From Phyllobates terribilis (lineage: Eukaryota), in the NCBI RefSeq assembly GCF_046119375.1, contig NW_027362764.1, positions 47,678,001 to 47,742,000 on the forward strand: a stretch of DNA of 64,000 nt. The letters are read 5' to 3'. Both the position numbers and the translations under genes were made by a program. Shown here in pieces: positions 62,854-64,000 of this stretch. Under the pieces are notes generated by a model that saw only the letters and a list, made by a program, of their open reading frames with translations, had not been told where the DNA came from and ran no database searches. Numbering within the stretch: position 1 is the first letter of the stretch; each line of letters opens with the position of its first letter.

Positions 62854-64000
62854 TAAATCCATGCAACTGGCATGGATTTTATATAGTGTGACCAAGTTAG
62901 TTAAAAAAAAGAATAAAAATGGTAAAAAAAAAACAAAAAAAACATATACTCACCTGCCGATGGCCCCCGGTCTTCTTATCCGATGTGTCCGGTCTTCCCG
63001 GTGTCTCGCGGTTGTGTAAAAGGACCTTCCATGACGTCATTTAGTCAAGTGACATGACTAAATGATGTAATGGAAGGTACTTTTAGACCATCGTGAGCTG
63101 TCGGGGAGCCAGCACACATCGCTATGGAGACCGGGGGCCATCAGAAGGTGAGTATAATGTATACTTTTTATTTTAATTCTTATTTTTTACAGCTACTATG
63201 GTACCCGGGTCTGGAGGAGAGTCTTAATATCCGCATGTGCACATGTAGTCATGCGGATATTAAGCTATTCAATGCAAGTCAATGGCGGCGAAAACACCAC
63301 GATTCCGCAAAATAATTGGTAGCGCTGCGGATTTTTCCACAATGATAATCCGCAGCAGAAATTTCCGCAGCATGTGCACAGCACATGCGGATTATCATTG
63401 GGGAACATTGCAGACCTTCTACCAAGCGTTTTTTTTAAGTGTTTCTGCAGCGGAATTGCCGCTGCGGAAACGCTTAAAAAACGCATAGTGGGCACACAGC
63501 CTTACAATGCCGAGTGGCAGTGCATTCTCTTTCCGGCTCATCACTTCTCACTATAGCTGGCGAGGGAGCGCACTGTCACTGTGCACTGAGAAGAATATTG
63601 CACAGCGACAAGATCCTACTGAGCATTATTCGGAATTGATAACTGACACATACTTAGCAGAGCAGGGACTAGCCCAGCCCCTGAAATGGACGTCACTGAT
63701 GATACCATTGGCGGACACAAATAGAAAAGGGCCCCTGTGCAAAAACAGTATATGTGCCCTTTGCAGTTCAATAGCTCATCATAATACACAATTCTACCTT
63801 TTTTGACCTCTTGGGCCCCTGTGCAGCACCACAGGTTACCTCAACGATATGTCCGCCCCTGGATGACACTTCATTTCAGGGTGGGGAAAGAGGCTGTGGC
63901 ACTGACTGCAGCCTCTGCCTCCTGATGATGACTTGTTTGAGTATCCCAGCATGCAATGGGGATTTTCAAATGGAACATCATCAAAAAGGAAATAGATAAA

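Larger units (their letters stand above)
60956..63501 (+). mobile_element. Harbinger/PIF-like MITE carrying a Tc1 insertion
   Basis: TTA|ggctatgtgcccac...gtgggcacacagcc|TTA, i.e. a 3-bp TSD and 14-bp TIR. Confidence 0.82.

Noticed and set aside
60412-63861. Single large hAT element from cagggtcggac to gtccgcccctg
   Set aside because: The flanking 8-mers do not match (attgagaa vs gatgacac), so these are probably ends of separate elements.

Overview
Vertebrate genomic DNA, almost certainly a frog (inferred from the repeat families). It covers the conserved UMAD1(-)/RPA3(+)/MIOS(-) neighbourhood. UMAD1 (first two exons) and RPA3 (4 coding exons, 121 aa) share a bidirectional promoter at about 14.2-14.7 kb. 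MIOS (10 coding exons, 879 aa) appears twice, because a ~14.15 kb block (28792-42852) is repeated after a 100-N gap (42953-~57000). That repeat is most likely an unmerged contig overlap. Most of the remaining sequence is transposons and satellites: several Tc1-superfamily elements (one DD38E, one near-intact DD34E), a DIRS-type tyrosine-recombinase retroelement, a CR1 LINE, a Penelope-like insertion, and hAT, TTAA-type and Harbinger-type MITEs. The main hidden signals are a minor-spliceosome AT-AC intron in MIOS with a 1 kb G-rich array against its branch point, a hammerhead ribozyme in the Penelope-like insertion, a 1.26 kb local copy pasted into a Tc1 with a fold-back junction, and a four-level nested TE stack. 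Coordinates were counted by hand and may be off by a few bases. No database searches were run.
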